Below are positions 37,532-47,175 of a DNA stretch of 64,000 nucleotides, in pieces. The translations under genes and the position numbers were made by a program. How positions within the stretch are numbered: the first letter of the stretch is position 1; each line of letters begins with the position of its first letter. The notes under the pieces are model-generated. The model was not told where the DNA came from, ran no database searches, and was given only the letters and a program-made list of their open reading frames with translations. Source of the stretch: Dehalococcoidia bacterium (GTDB lineage Bacteria; Chloroflexota; Dehalococcoidia; UBA2979); assembly GCA_965248675.1 (NCBI GenBank), contig CBDFJZ010000007.1, positions 161,119 to 225,118 of the forward strand, in the 5' to 3' direction.

Positions 37532-38920
37532 CTAAGCGTCCCTATCGAGGACGTAGTCGACGAGTCCCGCGAGCGTGTCGCGGGTTTCGCCGGAGGGCAA
37601 CGCCTCGAGGGCTGCGCGGGCTTCGCGGCCGAAGCGGTGGGCGGTTTCGATGGTTTCGTCGATGAAGGTGGAGGCGAGGATGTCGGCGGTGGCGCGGTCG
37701 AGGTTGGCGCGGCGGCGGGTGCCTTCGAAGGCGCGTTTGATGGGGTTGTCGTCGGGTTCGGCCTGCATGTAGAGGATGGCGGGGAGGGTGAGCGTGCCGC
37801 TGCGGAGGTCGGAGCCGACGGGCTTGCCCATGACCTCGGGGTCGCCGGTGAAGTCGAGGACGTCGTCGATGATCTGGAAGGCGATGCCGAGCTTGATGCC
37901 GTAGGTGCGCATCGCCTCGACCTGGTCGGGCGGCGCGCCGCAGACGAGGGCGCCGTTCTCGGCGGCGGTGGCGAAGAGACTGGCGGTCTTGCCGGTGATG
38001 CGGTCGAGGTAGCGCTGGACGTCCTCGGAGTACTCGAAGACCGTGACGTCCTGGTTGAGCTCGCCGCGGACCATCATCATCAGCGTGGCGGCGAAGTTCT
38101 TGACGACCTGGATGTTGTCGGTGCGCGAGATCAGCTCGGCGGAGTTGGCGAACATGTAGTCGCCGAGCATGACCGAGGCGGAGTTGCCGAAGAGGGCGTT
38201 GGCGGTCTCGTTGCCGCGGCGTTCGCCGGCCTCGTCGATGACGTCGTCGTGGACGAGCGTGGCGGTGTGGAGCAGTTCGACGCTGGCGGCGAGCGGGACG
38301 ACTTTGTCGAGGTCGTAGGTGCCGAGGCGGCCGGCGAGCAGGGCAATCGCGGGACGCATCAGCTTGCCGGTGCCGGCGAGCTGCTGTTCGAGCATCTGCT
38401 CGAGGAAGTCGAAGCCGACGCCGCGGGCGACCTCGGAGATCTGCTCGCGCACCAGCGGGAGGTCGGCGGCGACGGGGCCGTAGAGCGCCCCAGTTGGGGA
38501 CGCCCGCTCGTCGCCGGCGGGCGGCGCCTGTTTGGACGCGGCGTCCGTCGTCTCAAGGGTCGCGCGCACCGCAGCCGCGGGCGCTGTTCGGACCGGGGCC
38601 GAAGGCGCGGCTGAAGAGACCTGGGACGATGGCAGGTCCGAAGGCGGGGTTGCGGGGACCTCGGACGTGGCCGGAACCTCGAGGGGTGGGGCGGCGGACC
38701 TGTTGGTGGCGCCATTCGTCGAGGGGAGCCGCTCGCCGCTGGGGGGCAGCTTTCGCCAGAGGGCAAGGTAGGCGAGGCCGCCGATGCCGGCGGTGGCGAC
38801 GGAGAGCGCTACGGTGGCGGCGCGGACGGCCGGCACCGGGTACCGATAGCGCGAGGCGATGCCGGCGCAGACGCCGGCGACGACGGCGCGTTCGGTGTCG
38901 CGGCTGGTGGCCATTGTCAT
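37532..38920 (-). CDS. PspC-domain / polyprenyl diphosphate synthase fusion protein
   Basis: The N-terminus RAVVAGVCAGIASRY...LAYLALWRKLP matches the PspC domain pattern. A ~100-aa Pro/Ser/Ala linker follows, then a trans-IPPS domain with DDVIDEAGERRG (FARM) and IIDDVLDFTGD (SARM). Confidence 0.8.
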   Translation of the reverse strand: MTMATSRDTERAVVAGVCAGIASRYRYPVPAVRAATVALSVATAGIGGLAYLALWRKLPPSGERLPSTNGATNRSAAPPLEVPATSEVPATPPSDLPSSQVSSAAPSAPVRTAPAAAVRATLETTDAASKQAPPAGDERASPTGALYGPVAADLPLVREQISEVARGVGFDFLEQMLEQQLAGTGKLMRPAIALLAGRLGTYDLDKVVPLAASVELLHTATLVHDDVIDEAGERRGNETANALFGNSASVMLGDYMFANSAELISRTDNIQVVKNFAATLMMMVRGELNQDVTVFEYSEDVQRYLDRITGKTASLFATAAENGALVCGAPPDQVEAMRTYGIKLGIAFQIIDDVLDFTGDPEVMGKPVGSDLRSGTLTLPAILYMQAEPDDNPIKRAFEGTRRRANLDRATADILASTFIDETIETAHRFGREARAALEALPSGETRDTLAGLVDYVLDRDA

Positions 38921-39004
38921 TCGGCATCTCCACCGTCGCTGTCCGCGTTGCGGCGCGGGGCATTCACTCCCGCAGGGGTCTCCACCTGCGGTGCCGGCGT
39001 TCGC

Positions 39005-39832
39005 CTACAGTCCGAAGAGCGCTCTCGTGTTGGCTGCGGCGGCGGTGGCCACGGCCTCGGGGGTTTCGCCTCGGAGGTGCGCGACGAAGCGCGCGGTTTC
39101 CACCACCAGCGCCGGTTCGTTGCGGCGCCCTCGATGGGGCACCGGCGTGAGGTAGGGACAGTCCGTCTCCAAAAGCATACCCGCGAGTGGGATTGACCGC
39201 GCCACGTCCTGAGTGCGTCCGTTGTTGGGGCAGGTGACGGTGCCGGGGATGGAGATCAGGAAGCCGAGCTCGAGGTAGCGCCGGGCGAGCTCGGCGTCGC
39301 CAGCGTAGCAGTGGAGCATGCCGATCGGGCGCTCGGCCCCCAGATAGCGACCGACGCGGCTGGCCCACTCCTCGAGGATGGCGTAGGTGGCGTCGTCGGC
39401 GTCGCGGGCGTGGATGACGACGGGAAGGTCGTACTGCCTCGCGAGGTCGAGTTGCCAGCGGAAAGCGTCGTCCTGATCGTCCGGCGGCGAGAGGTTGCGG
39501 TAGAAGTCGAGGCCGATTTCGCCGACGGCGACGAAGTCGCCGCTGGCGGCGAGCGCCTCGAGGTCGGTGCGCTGGGCGGCGAGGTGTTTAGCCTCGTGAG
39601 GGTGGAGGCCGACGACGGGGTGGATGCGCGGTTCGCGCCTCGCGAGGTCGGCGGCGGAGCGGGAGGTGGCGACGTCGACGCCGACCTCGATGATGGCGGT
39701 GAGGCCGGCTTGCCAGGCGCGGTCGAGGACGGCGGGGTGGTCGTCTCGGAGGTCGCGGGACCAGGTGTGGGCGTGGGCGTCGATGACGTCTGGTAGGGGG
39801 GTGGGGAAGCGCTGCGCGTCTACTTTCTTCAT
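39005..39832 (-). CDS. tatD: TatD-family metal-dependent hydrolase/DNase
   Basis: Motifs: IDAHAHT, GLHPHEA, GEIGLDFY, VVIHARDA, HCYAG, ETDCPYL. The start is at the internal ATG (MKKVDAQ). Confidence 0.9.
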   Translation of the reverse strand: MKKVDAQRFPTPLPDVIDAHAHTWSRDLRDDHPAVLDRAWQAGLTAIIEVGVDVATSRSAADLARREPRIHPVVGLHPHEAKHLAAQRTDLEALAASGDFVAVGEIGLDFYRNLSPPDDQDDAFRWQLDLARQYDLPVVIHARDADDATYAILEEWASRVGRYLGAERPIGMLHCYAGDAELARRYLELGFLISIPGTVTCPNNGRTQDVARSIPLAGMLLETDCPYLTPVPHRGRRNEPALVVETARFVAHLRGETPEAVATAAAANTRALFGL

Positions 39833-40061
39833 GCTCGCTTCCGCTCGCGGGGGCGGCCCGCGATTCACTGCGCTCGCGCTGACCTCGGAACGCCTCGCGC
39901 CGCTCGGCATCGCTGACCCTGGGGCGGCTGGTTTCATGGGTTCTTTTTACCTCGGCCGGTGGGTTGGCACACTGCCGGATCTGGCTGGGGCGAGCGTGCG
40001 CTGTTTTGCGTGGGCGGCTGGTGGTGTGCTTCGTGCGGTTGATCGAGGTCGCTTCGGACCT

Positions 40062-40240
40062 GGGGGGCTTCGCCCCCCAAGCCCCCCGTCAAGGGACTTG
40101 CAGTCCCCTGACGGCCCCTCGCAAGCCGTGGGTGGTCCTCGGAAGTTGCGGGCCTTCCGAGGCGGCCAGGAGGGGCCTCGGCGAGTCTCTGCGATGGTGC
40201 ACCGTGACCTGGCTGCTTACCGGGGCAAGGCCCCGGGCGT
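40062..40240 (+). repeat. interspersed three-hairpin element, copy E5 (divergent, with compensated stems)
   Basis: GGGGGGC-ttc-GCCCCCC replaces GGGGAGC/GCTCCCC. Then GGGAC-ttgca-GTCCC, CCCCTCGCAAGCCG, a linker, and TTACCGGGGC-aag-GCCCCGGGCG. Confidence 0.8.
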
Positions 40241-40492
40241 GTAGCGCCCGAGGACTGCGGCCGTTGGGGTTGGGGAGCGCTGACCAGTCGCCGGCCCGGA
40301 GCGGTGAGGACGAAGCGGGCGCGGAGGGCGCGGAGGGCGGACTCGCGTCGGAAGGGGGCGCGGGGAGAGCGTGACGGCCTCGAGAGCGTCGCCGCTAGGC
40401 GCCCTTCGTTTCGATACTCGCTGCCGCTCGCGGGGTCGGTCAGCGATTGATCGCGCTGCACGTTCATTTGGGAACCTCGCTGCGCTCGGTGA

Positions 40493-42208
40493 TCACTGAC
40501 CCAGGCGAGCTTCTTCTTCCTCGACGAGGGAGTCGTCGAGCTTGGTGAAGAGAGGGTGCGGTTCGGGGAGGGATGTGCCGCCGGCGACGGGGGTACGTCG
40601 CCAGCCGGCGGGCTCGACCTCGCCGGGGTGGCCGAGAAACTGCCAGGCGTCGGCGCAGGTGAAGGGGAGGAAGGGCTGCAGCAGGGTGACGAGGCCGCTG
40701 ATGGTGTTGACGGCGGTGTGGAGGGTTTCGGCGGCGTGGTCGCGATCGGTCTTGACCGCCGCCCACGGCGCGCGTTCGTCGAGGTACTGGTTCGCGGCCT
40801 GGGCGATTTCCATTGCGCTGGCGAGGGCGCGGCGGAGCTGGACGGCGTTGATCTGCTCGCCGACGGTGTCGAACGCGTCGTCGACGCGGCGGAGCAAGGC
40901 CTCGGACTCGGGGGCGAGCGAGGGCGGGTCGGGGGGGACGCAGTCCTCGAAGTTGCGGCGGGTGATGGTGAGGACGCGGTTGACGAGGTTGCCCCAGCGG
41001 GCGACGAGCTCGCCGTTGTTGCGGCGGACGTATTCGGCCCAGGAGAAGTCGGAGTCCGAGGTCTCGGGCATGAGGGCGGTGAGCGCGTAGCGGAGCGGGT
41101 CCGGGTCGTGGCGGTCGAGGTAGTCGGGCATCCAGATCGCCCAGTTGGCGCTGGTGGAGGCCTTCGAACCGGAGATGGTGACGTACTGGTTGGCGGGAAC
41201 GTCGTAGGGGAGGTTGAGGCCGCCGTAGCCCATGAGCATGGCGGGCCAGATCAGCGTGTGGAACGGGACGTTGTCCTTGCCCTGGAAGTAGACGGTGCGA
41301 GCGTCCTGGTCCTCCCACCATGCCTTCCACGAGTCGGGATCGCCGCCGATGGTCTGGGCCCACTCTTTGGTGGCGCTGAGGTAGCCGACCACGGCTTCCA
41401 CCCAGACGTAGATCCGCTTGGTCTCGTAGCCCTCAAGGGGAATCGGGACGCCCCACTCGATGTCGCGGGTGATCGCGCGGTCGTGGAGGCCCTCGCGGAG
41501 CATGCCGAGCGTGAAATTGCGGACGGCGGGTCGCCAGTGCTCCTGCGCTTCGACCCATTCGGTGAGGCGGTCATTGAAGGCGGAGAGTTTGAGGAAGTGG
41601 TGTCTCGAGGTGCGGGGCTCCGGGGTTGCGTCGCTGAGCTTGGACCTCGGACTGATCAGCTCGAGGGCGTCGAGGGTGCGGCCGCAGTTATCGCACTGGT
41701 CGCCGCGGGCACTGTCGTAGCCGCAGTGCGGGCAGGTGCCCTCGACATAACGGTCGGGTAGGAAGCGGCCGACCTGCGGGTCGTAGAGGAGGGTCTGTTC
41801 GGCCTCGTAGAGGTAGTCGTGCTCGAGGAGCTTCAGGAAGATGTCCTGTGTGACCTCGGTGTGGTTGTCGGTGTCCGTCGAGGTGAACAGGTCGAAGGAG
41901 ATGCCGAAGCGCTCGAAGGTGTCGAGGAAACTCTCGTGGAAGCGCTCGAACACCTCGGCGGGGGTGATGCCCTCGGATTCCGCGCGGACGGTGACGGGGG
42001 TCCCGTGGGAGTCGGAGCCGGAGACCATGAGCGTGCGGTCACCGCGCATGCGGTGATAGCGCGCGTAGATGTCAGCCGGGAGGTAGGCGCCGGCGATCTG
42101 GCCGGCGTGGAGGTCGCCGTTCGCGTACGGCCAGGCAACGGCGACGAGGATGGTCTCCGCCGCGATGTCCGGGGGCGGGGGTGGGGACGCGGCGTCGGGT
42201 GGCGTCAT
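40493..42208 (-). CDS. metG: methionine--tRNA ligase
   Basis: WPYANGDLHAGQ (HIGH region), a CPHCGY..CDNCG zinc knuckle, and the anticodon-binding helical domain. The start is ATG 42208, with an upstream alternative ATG 42328 preceded by GGAGG. Confidence 0.9.
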   Translation of the reverse strand: MTPPDAASPPPPPDIAAETILVAVAWPYANGDLHAGQIAGAYLPADIYARYHRMRGDRTLMVSGSDSHGTPVTVRAESEGITPAEVFERFHESFLDTFERFGISFDLFTSTDTDNHTEVTQDIFLKLLEHDYLYEAEQTLLYDPQVGRFLPDRYVEGTCPHCGYDSARGDQCDNCGRTLDALELISPRSKLSDATPEPRTSRHHFLKLSAFNDRLTEWVEAQEHWRPAVRNFTLGMLREGLHDRAITRDIEWGVPIPLEGYETKRIYVWVEAVVGYLSATKEWAQTIGGDPDSWKAWWEDQDARTVYFQGKDNVPFHTLIWPAMLMGYGGLNLPYDVPANQYVTISGSKASTSANWAIWMPDYLDRHDPDPLRYALTALMPETSDSDFSWAEYVRRNNGELVARWGNLVNRVLTITRRNFEDCVPPDPPSLAPESEALLRRVDDAFDTVGEQINAVQLRRALASAMEIAQAANQYLDERAPWAAVKTDRDHAAETLHTAVNTISGLVTLLQPFLPFTCADAWQFLGHPGEVEPAGWRRTPVAGGTSLPEPHPLFTKLDDSLVEEEEARLGQ

Positions 42209-42555
42209 TCGGGCGCGATCGTAGCACCTCGGCGGGGTGGGATCGCAGCGGGCGGGTCGGCAGGCTGGTCCGCCGCTCGTCCGAGAAGCACCGGCCGACC
42301 CCGAAGCTGTCGATCGGCTGATCGCCATCTTCTAGCCTCCGTGCGGCGCGTTGCAGCGGGTGATGACGCGGTAGAGCGCCCGGGCCGGGTGCGCGGCAGC
42401 GAGATGATCCCGCATCGCATGGTCTGGCAGCGTTGGCCGCAGGAACCGGCTTGAAGCGGTGAGTCCGACTTCAGGTTCCGTTGAGCTTGGAGGAGCACTC
42501 CTGCTAGGTTCCGCGCAGTCTACGTGCGTCGTAGTCCGCGGAACCGGAGCTCCCC

Positions 42556-45500
42556 ATGAGTCTCAGTCGACTTGCCATCCCCGCGACCGTATGGGTCGTG
42601 GCCTTGCTGACGGTTGCTGTCGTCAGTTGGGGCAGCGTTTCAGCGAGTCATACTGGACCGTCGTTCGTGCCCACCGATGGTCCGCCAACTGAGGCACGGA
42701 ACGCTCGACTGGCAACCACGCGCCTGGCGGATGGCGAGGTGCTGCTGGTCTCCGGGACTACCGCTGATCTTTACGACTCGGCGACGGGGACATTCCGTCG
42801 TACCGCAGGGGATCTGTCGAGCGATCGGCTCGGTTCCTCGACAACGCTCCTTCCCGATGGGCGGGTCCTGGATTACGGGACCAGGAACGACATCGGAACT
42901 CTACGACCCAGTCTCTGAGACGTTCGCGGCTGGACCGCCGCTGATCAGCTCAAGGAACTTCGCGCTGTCCACGCCGTTGCTCGACGGGCGGGTCCTGATC
43001 ACGGGTGGTGGGGCGCCATCGGAGGTCTACGATCCGGTGCTGGACGGCTACGTGGCCACGGGCAGCATGAGTGTCGCCAGGAACGGTCACTTCGCCACGC
43101 GGCTGGCGGACGGGCGGGTTCTGGTCACCGGCGGGGACGGCCTGAGTTCGGCCGAAGTTTTCGATCCGACGACCGACACGTTCTCCGCCGCTGGTGGCAT
43201 GAGTACCGTGCGCGCGAGTCACCGATCGACGCTGCTGCCCGACGGGCGCGTGCTCGTCAGCGGAGGCTACGGTGCGGGCGGGATCCTCGATGTGCTCGCG
43301 TCGACCGAGATCTTCGATCCGACGACCGACCTGTTCGCGGCGGGGCCGTCGATGGCGCGGGCGCGGCTGCAACACTCCGCTACTCGTTACTCCTCGACCG
43401 AGGTGTTGATCGCGGGCGGGTCGATCGGCGGGAGCAGTTCCGCGAACGCGACGGCCAGCAGCGAGATCTATGACACGACGACCGGATCGTTCCTCCCCGG
43501 TCCTGCGATGGACATGCCGCGGTTCGCGCAGTCCGAGACGCGGCTCAACGACGGCACGATCCTGATGGTGGGCGGCAACACGACCGCGTCGACCAGCGCG
43601 ATCCTCTTCCTCCCGTCCACGCCTCTGAGCGCGTGTGGCGCGCTCCTGGTGATGTGCGAGTCGCGGCGACAGCCGATCACGTCGGCGTTGCCTGACGGGA
43701 GCGTGCTCGTCGCGGGCGGCGGGTTCGGTGGAGCGGCGAACCAGGTCCGAGGGGGCGCGGAACTCTTCGATCCTGAGACGCAGCTCTTCTTCGCGATCGC
43801 GCCGCTGCCGACGCCGCGTGGTGCGGGGGCGACGGTCACGCTTCCGGATGGCTCGGTGCTGACGGTAGGTGGCAGCGACGAAGCCGGGACGTTCCTCGAT
43901 AGCGCGTTGCTATTCGATCCGGCGACGCACGAGTCCACCGAGATCGCGACCGCCATGTCGAACGCGAGACAGGCACCGGCCGCTGTCCTGATCGAGGGTG
44001 GGACGAAGGTGCTGATCAGCGGAAGCCTGAAGCTTGAAGCAGCGGGACAGGTGACACGGACAGCGGACGTCTACGACATCGCCACGCAGCAGTTCGCTGC
44101 AGTCGGCGACATGGGCACGAAGCGCCACTCCCACAGCGCGACGCTTTTGCTCGATGGCACCGTGCTGATCGCCGGCGGGAAGTCCGAGGCGATTTTCGAC
44201 GTCCAGTCTTCGGCGGAGATCTTCGATCCGACATCGGGGACCTTCTCGCCGACCGCTGGAGCGATGAACCACAGGCGGCAATCGCACACGGCCTCGCTGC
44301 TTCCCGACGGCCGGGTGCTCCTGGTTGGTGGTCAGTCTGGTCCGGGAGCGGTGAACACCGTCGCGGAGGTCTACGACCCCGGCACGGGGACGTTCGCCGA
44401 GCTGAGCTCGCTGCCGCAGCCGCGGAATAGCCACATGGCGATCTCGCTGCCGGACGGGCGAGTGGTGCTGGCCGGTGGGAACGGTCCGGGCGGTGTTGGC
44501 CTCACCGCGGTCGCGATCTTCGACGCAGTTGACGACACGTTCACGCTGATCGACTCGCTGACGTCCGCTCGCTGGCAGGCCGGGATCGAGCTGCTCGATG
44601 ACCGGACGGTGCTGGTCGCTGGCGGCTTTGGGCCGGGCCAGACGCCCCTCGACACGGCCGAGATCATTGAGGTCCCGCCGGCGCCCGGCTCGATCTGCAG
44701 CGCCGTACTCACGATGTGCAGCCCTCGCTGGGCGCATACCTCGACGACCTTGTCCGATGGTCGGGTGCTGGTAGCTGGTGGGAGCATTTCGGGCTCCGCG
44801 GCCGGCTCGGGACCGATTAGTGGTGCGGATCTGTACGACCCCACAACCGAGCTGTTCACGTTCGCGGGCGACCTCTTCCATGGGCCGCGGGCCAGCCATG
44901 TCGCGACCCGACTGGCGAACGGCGACGTGCTGGTCACCGGTGGGGGCGACTCCGGCGCCGTGTATCAGGATGCTGAGCTCTACGACGCGGGCGCCGAGGC
45001 GTTCGTCGATGCTGGAGCCCAGGTGTCAGGCCGACTGTTCCACGCCGCGACGCGGCTGCTCGACGGAACGGTGCTGCTGACGGGCGGCGCTCCGGGTGGG
45101 AACACGGCCGAGATCTACGACCCAGCCACGGGGACGTTCACCGCGACTGTGGGGAACATGACCGAAGCTCGCAGTATCCACACGGCGACGCTCCTGCCGT
45201 CGGGCGAGGTGCTGATCGCGGGCGGCGGCAACTTCGGAACGACTTCGGCGGAGATCTACGATCCGACTGCGAAGACGTTCCGAGCGGTCGGCGACATGTC
45301 AGCGGCTCGGTCCAGCCATTCGGCGACGCTGCTGCCGGACGGCCGTGTCCTGATCGCCGGCGGTGGGAATGCTGGCTCGCCGTCGAACGACGCGGAGATC
45401 TACGACCCGGTCGCGGAGACGTTCAGCGCACTCGCCTCGGTGATGTCGGTGCCTCGTGCGGGACACCCGGCGGTGGCGCTCGATGACGGGCGCGTCGTTC

Positions 45501-46708
45501 TCGTCGGCGGTGGCGGTGGATCAGCGGCGTCGTCGGTGGAGATCTTCAATCCCGCCGACGATTCGTTCGCCTCGCTTCCGTCGCTCGCGACGCCCCGTTG
45601 GGCGCATGGAGCCAGTCTGTTGACCGATGGGAGCATCCTGGTCAGCGGCGGCCGGGACGGATCCCCGGGGACGCCGCTGGACACGGCCGAGCTGATCGCG
45701 TCGCCACCTGACACGACGCCTCCGGGGGCGCCGGGGACGCCGGATCTAGTCGCGGCGAGCGACACCGGCGCGTCGGCCAGCGACGAGGTGACGAGCGATT
45801 CGAGTCCGACGCTGACGGGCAGCGCGGAAGCGGATGCGACCGTGAGGCTCTTCGACGGGGCCGTCGAAGTCGGTTCGGCGACCGCCGTCGGCGGTAGCTG
45901 GACGGTCACGACCTCGGTGCTGTCGGATGGCGTCCACAGCCTGTCGGCGACGGCGACCGACGCAGCGGGAAACGAGTCTCCGACCTCGGTTGCGCTGGAT
46001 GTGCGTGTCGACACCCTGGCACCGGTGGTGACGGCGCCTAGTCCGAACGCCCTCGATGTGACGACGCTCGATCCGAACGGCGTGCCGGCCACGAACGTCC
46101 AGGTGTCGGCGTTCCTCGCAGGGGCGTCGGCCCTCGATGCGCAGGACGGCGCGCTGCCAGTCACTCACCGCTCGAGCTTCGCGATCGGGCTCACGCTCTT
46201 CACGATCGACGCGACTGACCTGGCGGGCAACGAGGGCTCGGCGCCCGCGACGATCACGGTGAGCCTCGCGGCCCCGGGGTCGGTCGATGTGGACCCCGGC
46301 GCGGTGATCGGGCCGGGCGTGACGATCGAGCCTGACGCCACGATCGAGGGAGGCGCAGTCGTTGGCGCGGGTTCGTTCATCGGGTTCAACGCGAAAGTCG
46401 AGGAGGGTGCTCAGGTAGGTGCCGGCTCGTCGATCGGGGCGGAGGCGCAGATCAAGAAGGACGCCGTCGTCGGCGACGGTGTGACGATCGGCGCTCGGAC
46501 CGTGATCGAGGAACGCGCGGCCGTTGGCGACGAAACGTCGATTGGCGACGACGTGAAGATCGACGTCGACGTGATGATCGGGGCGAATGTCACGATCGGG
46601 GACGGCGCTGAGATCAAGGAAGGGGCGGTGGTTGGAGACGGCGCCGAGATTGGTGCGGGCGTCACGGTCGAGGAGTTCACGATCGTGCCTCCCGGCGCGG
46701 TCCTCTAG
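42556..46708 (+). CDS. secreted multi-propeller Kelch-repeat protein with Ig-like, HYR-like and C-terminal hexapeptide (left-handed beta-helix) domains. An apparent +1 frameshift lies at ~42871.
   Basis: Signal peptide in ORF 42556..42918, and about 21 Kelch blades (LLPDGRVLxxGG). The reading frame continues in ORF 42614..46708 after CTG-G-ATT. The C-terminus is a run of [LIV]Gxxxx hexapeptides. Confidence 0.7.
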
Positions 46709-47175
46709 GGGTACGGCTTGCGATGCGGTGACAGCGAACGGTGCACAGCCGGCGTGGAGGATCTCGTGCTCGCGCATCGTGAACAGCATGTCGACCGTGC
46801 GCATGGGGCCCCGTGGACATGACCGGGGGGGTTCGCGACGACATAAGGCCTCTGTCGATGACGCCGCTCGAGAGCTCCGGGAAGCGAAACGTGTCGGGAA
46901 TCCTACTGATTCCTTGTCGCGCGACCGATACCGGAATCAACTGGGCCGGTCGCCGACGGTCCAGAATCGGTTCGTAGGAGGTGCTTACGTCCCTGATCGG
47001 TAATCGTTGACCGAGGTTAGGCCGAGGGATAACCTTTTTCGAAATCTTGAGCGGGTCCGACCAGTGGCGGGGTCACGCCCATGAAGCACTATCCGATTGA
47101 AGCACCCTCCTGTTTTGGAGGGTGCGCGCGCGCGTTCTGACGGGACCCCTCTGGCGAGGGGTTCCTGCGTAAGGG

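Noticed and set aside
42209-42555. T-box leader upstream of metG. On the minus strand, GGGCGCUCUACCGCG resembles the T-box core.
   Set aside because: The segment lacks the UGGN tRNA-acceptor pairing bases and is longer than the consensus. I could not find a convincing specifier stem or terminator/antiterminator pair.
45746-46804. 352-aa minus-strand ORF with its own periodic repeat pattern.
   Set aside because: It is antisense to the hexapeptide-repeat and Ig-like region of the Kelch protein. The periodicity mirrors the sense-strand repeats.
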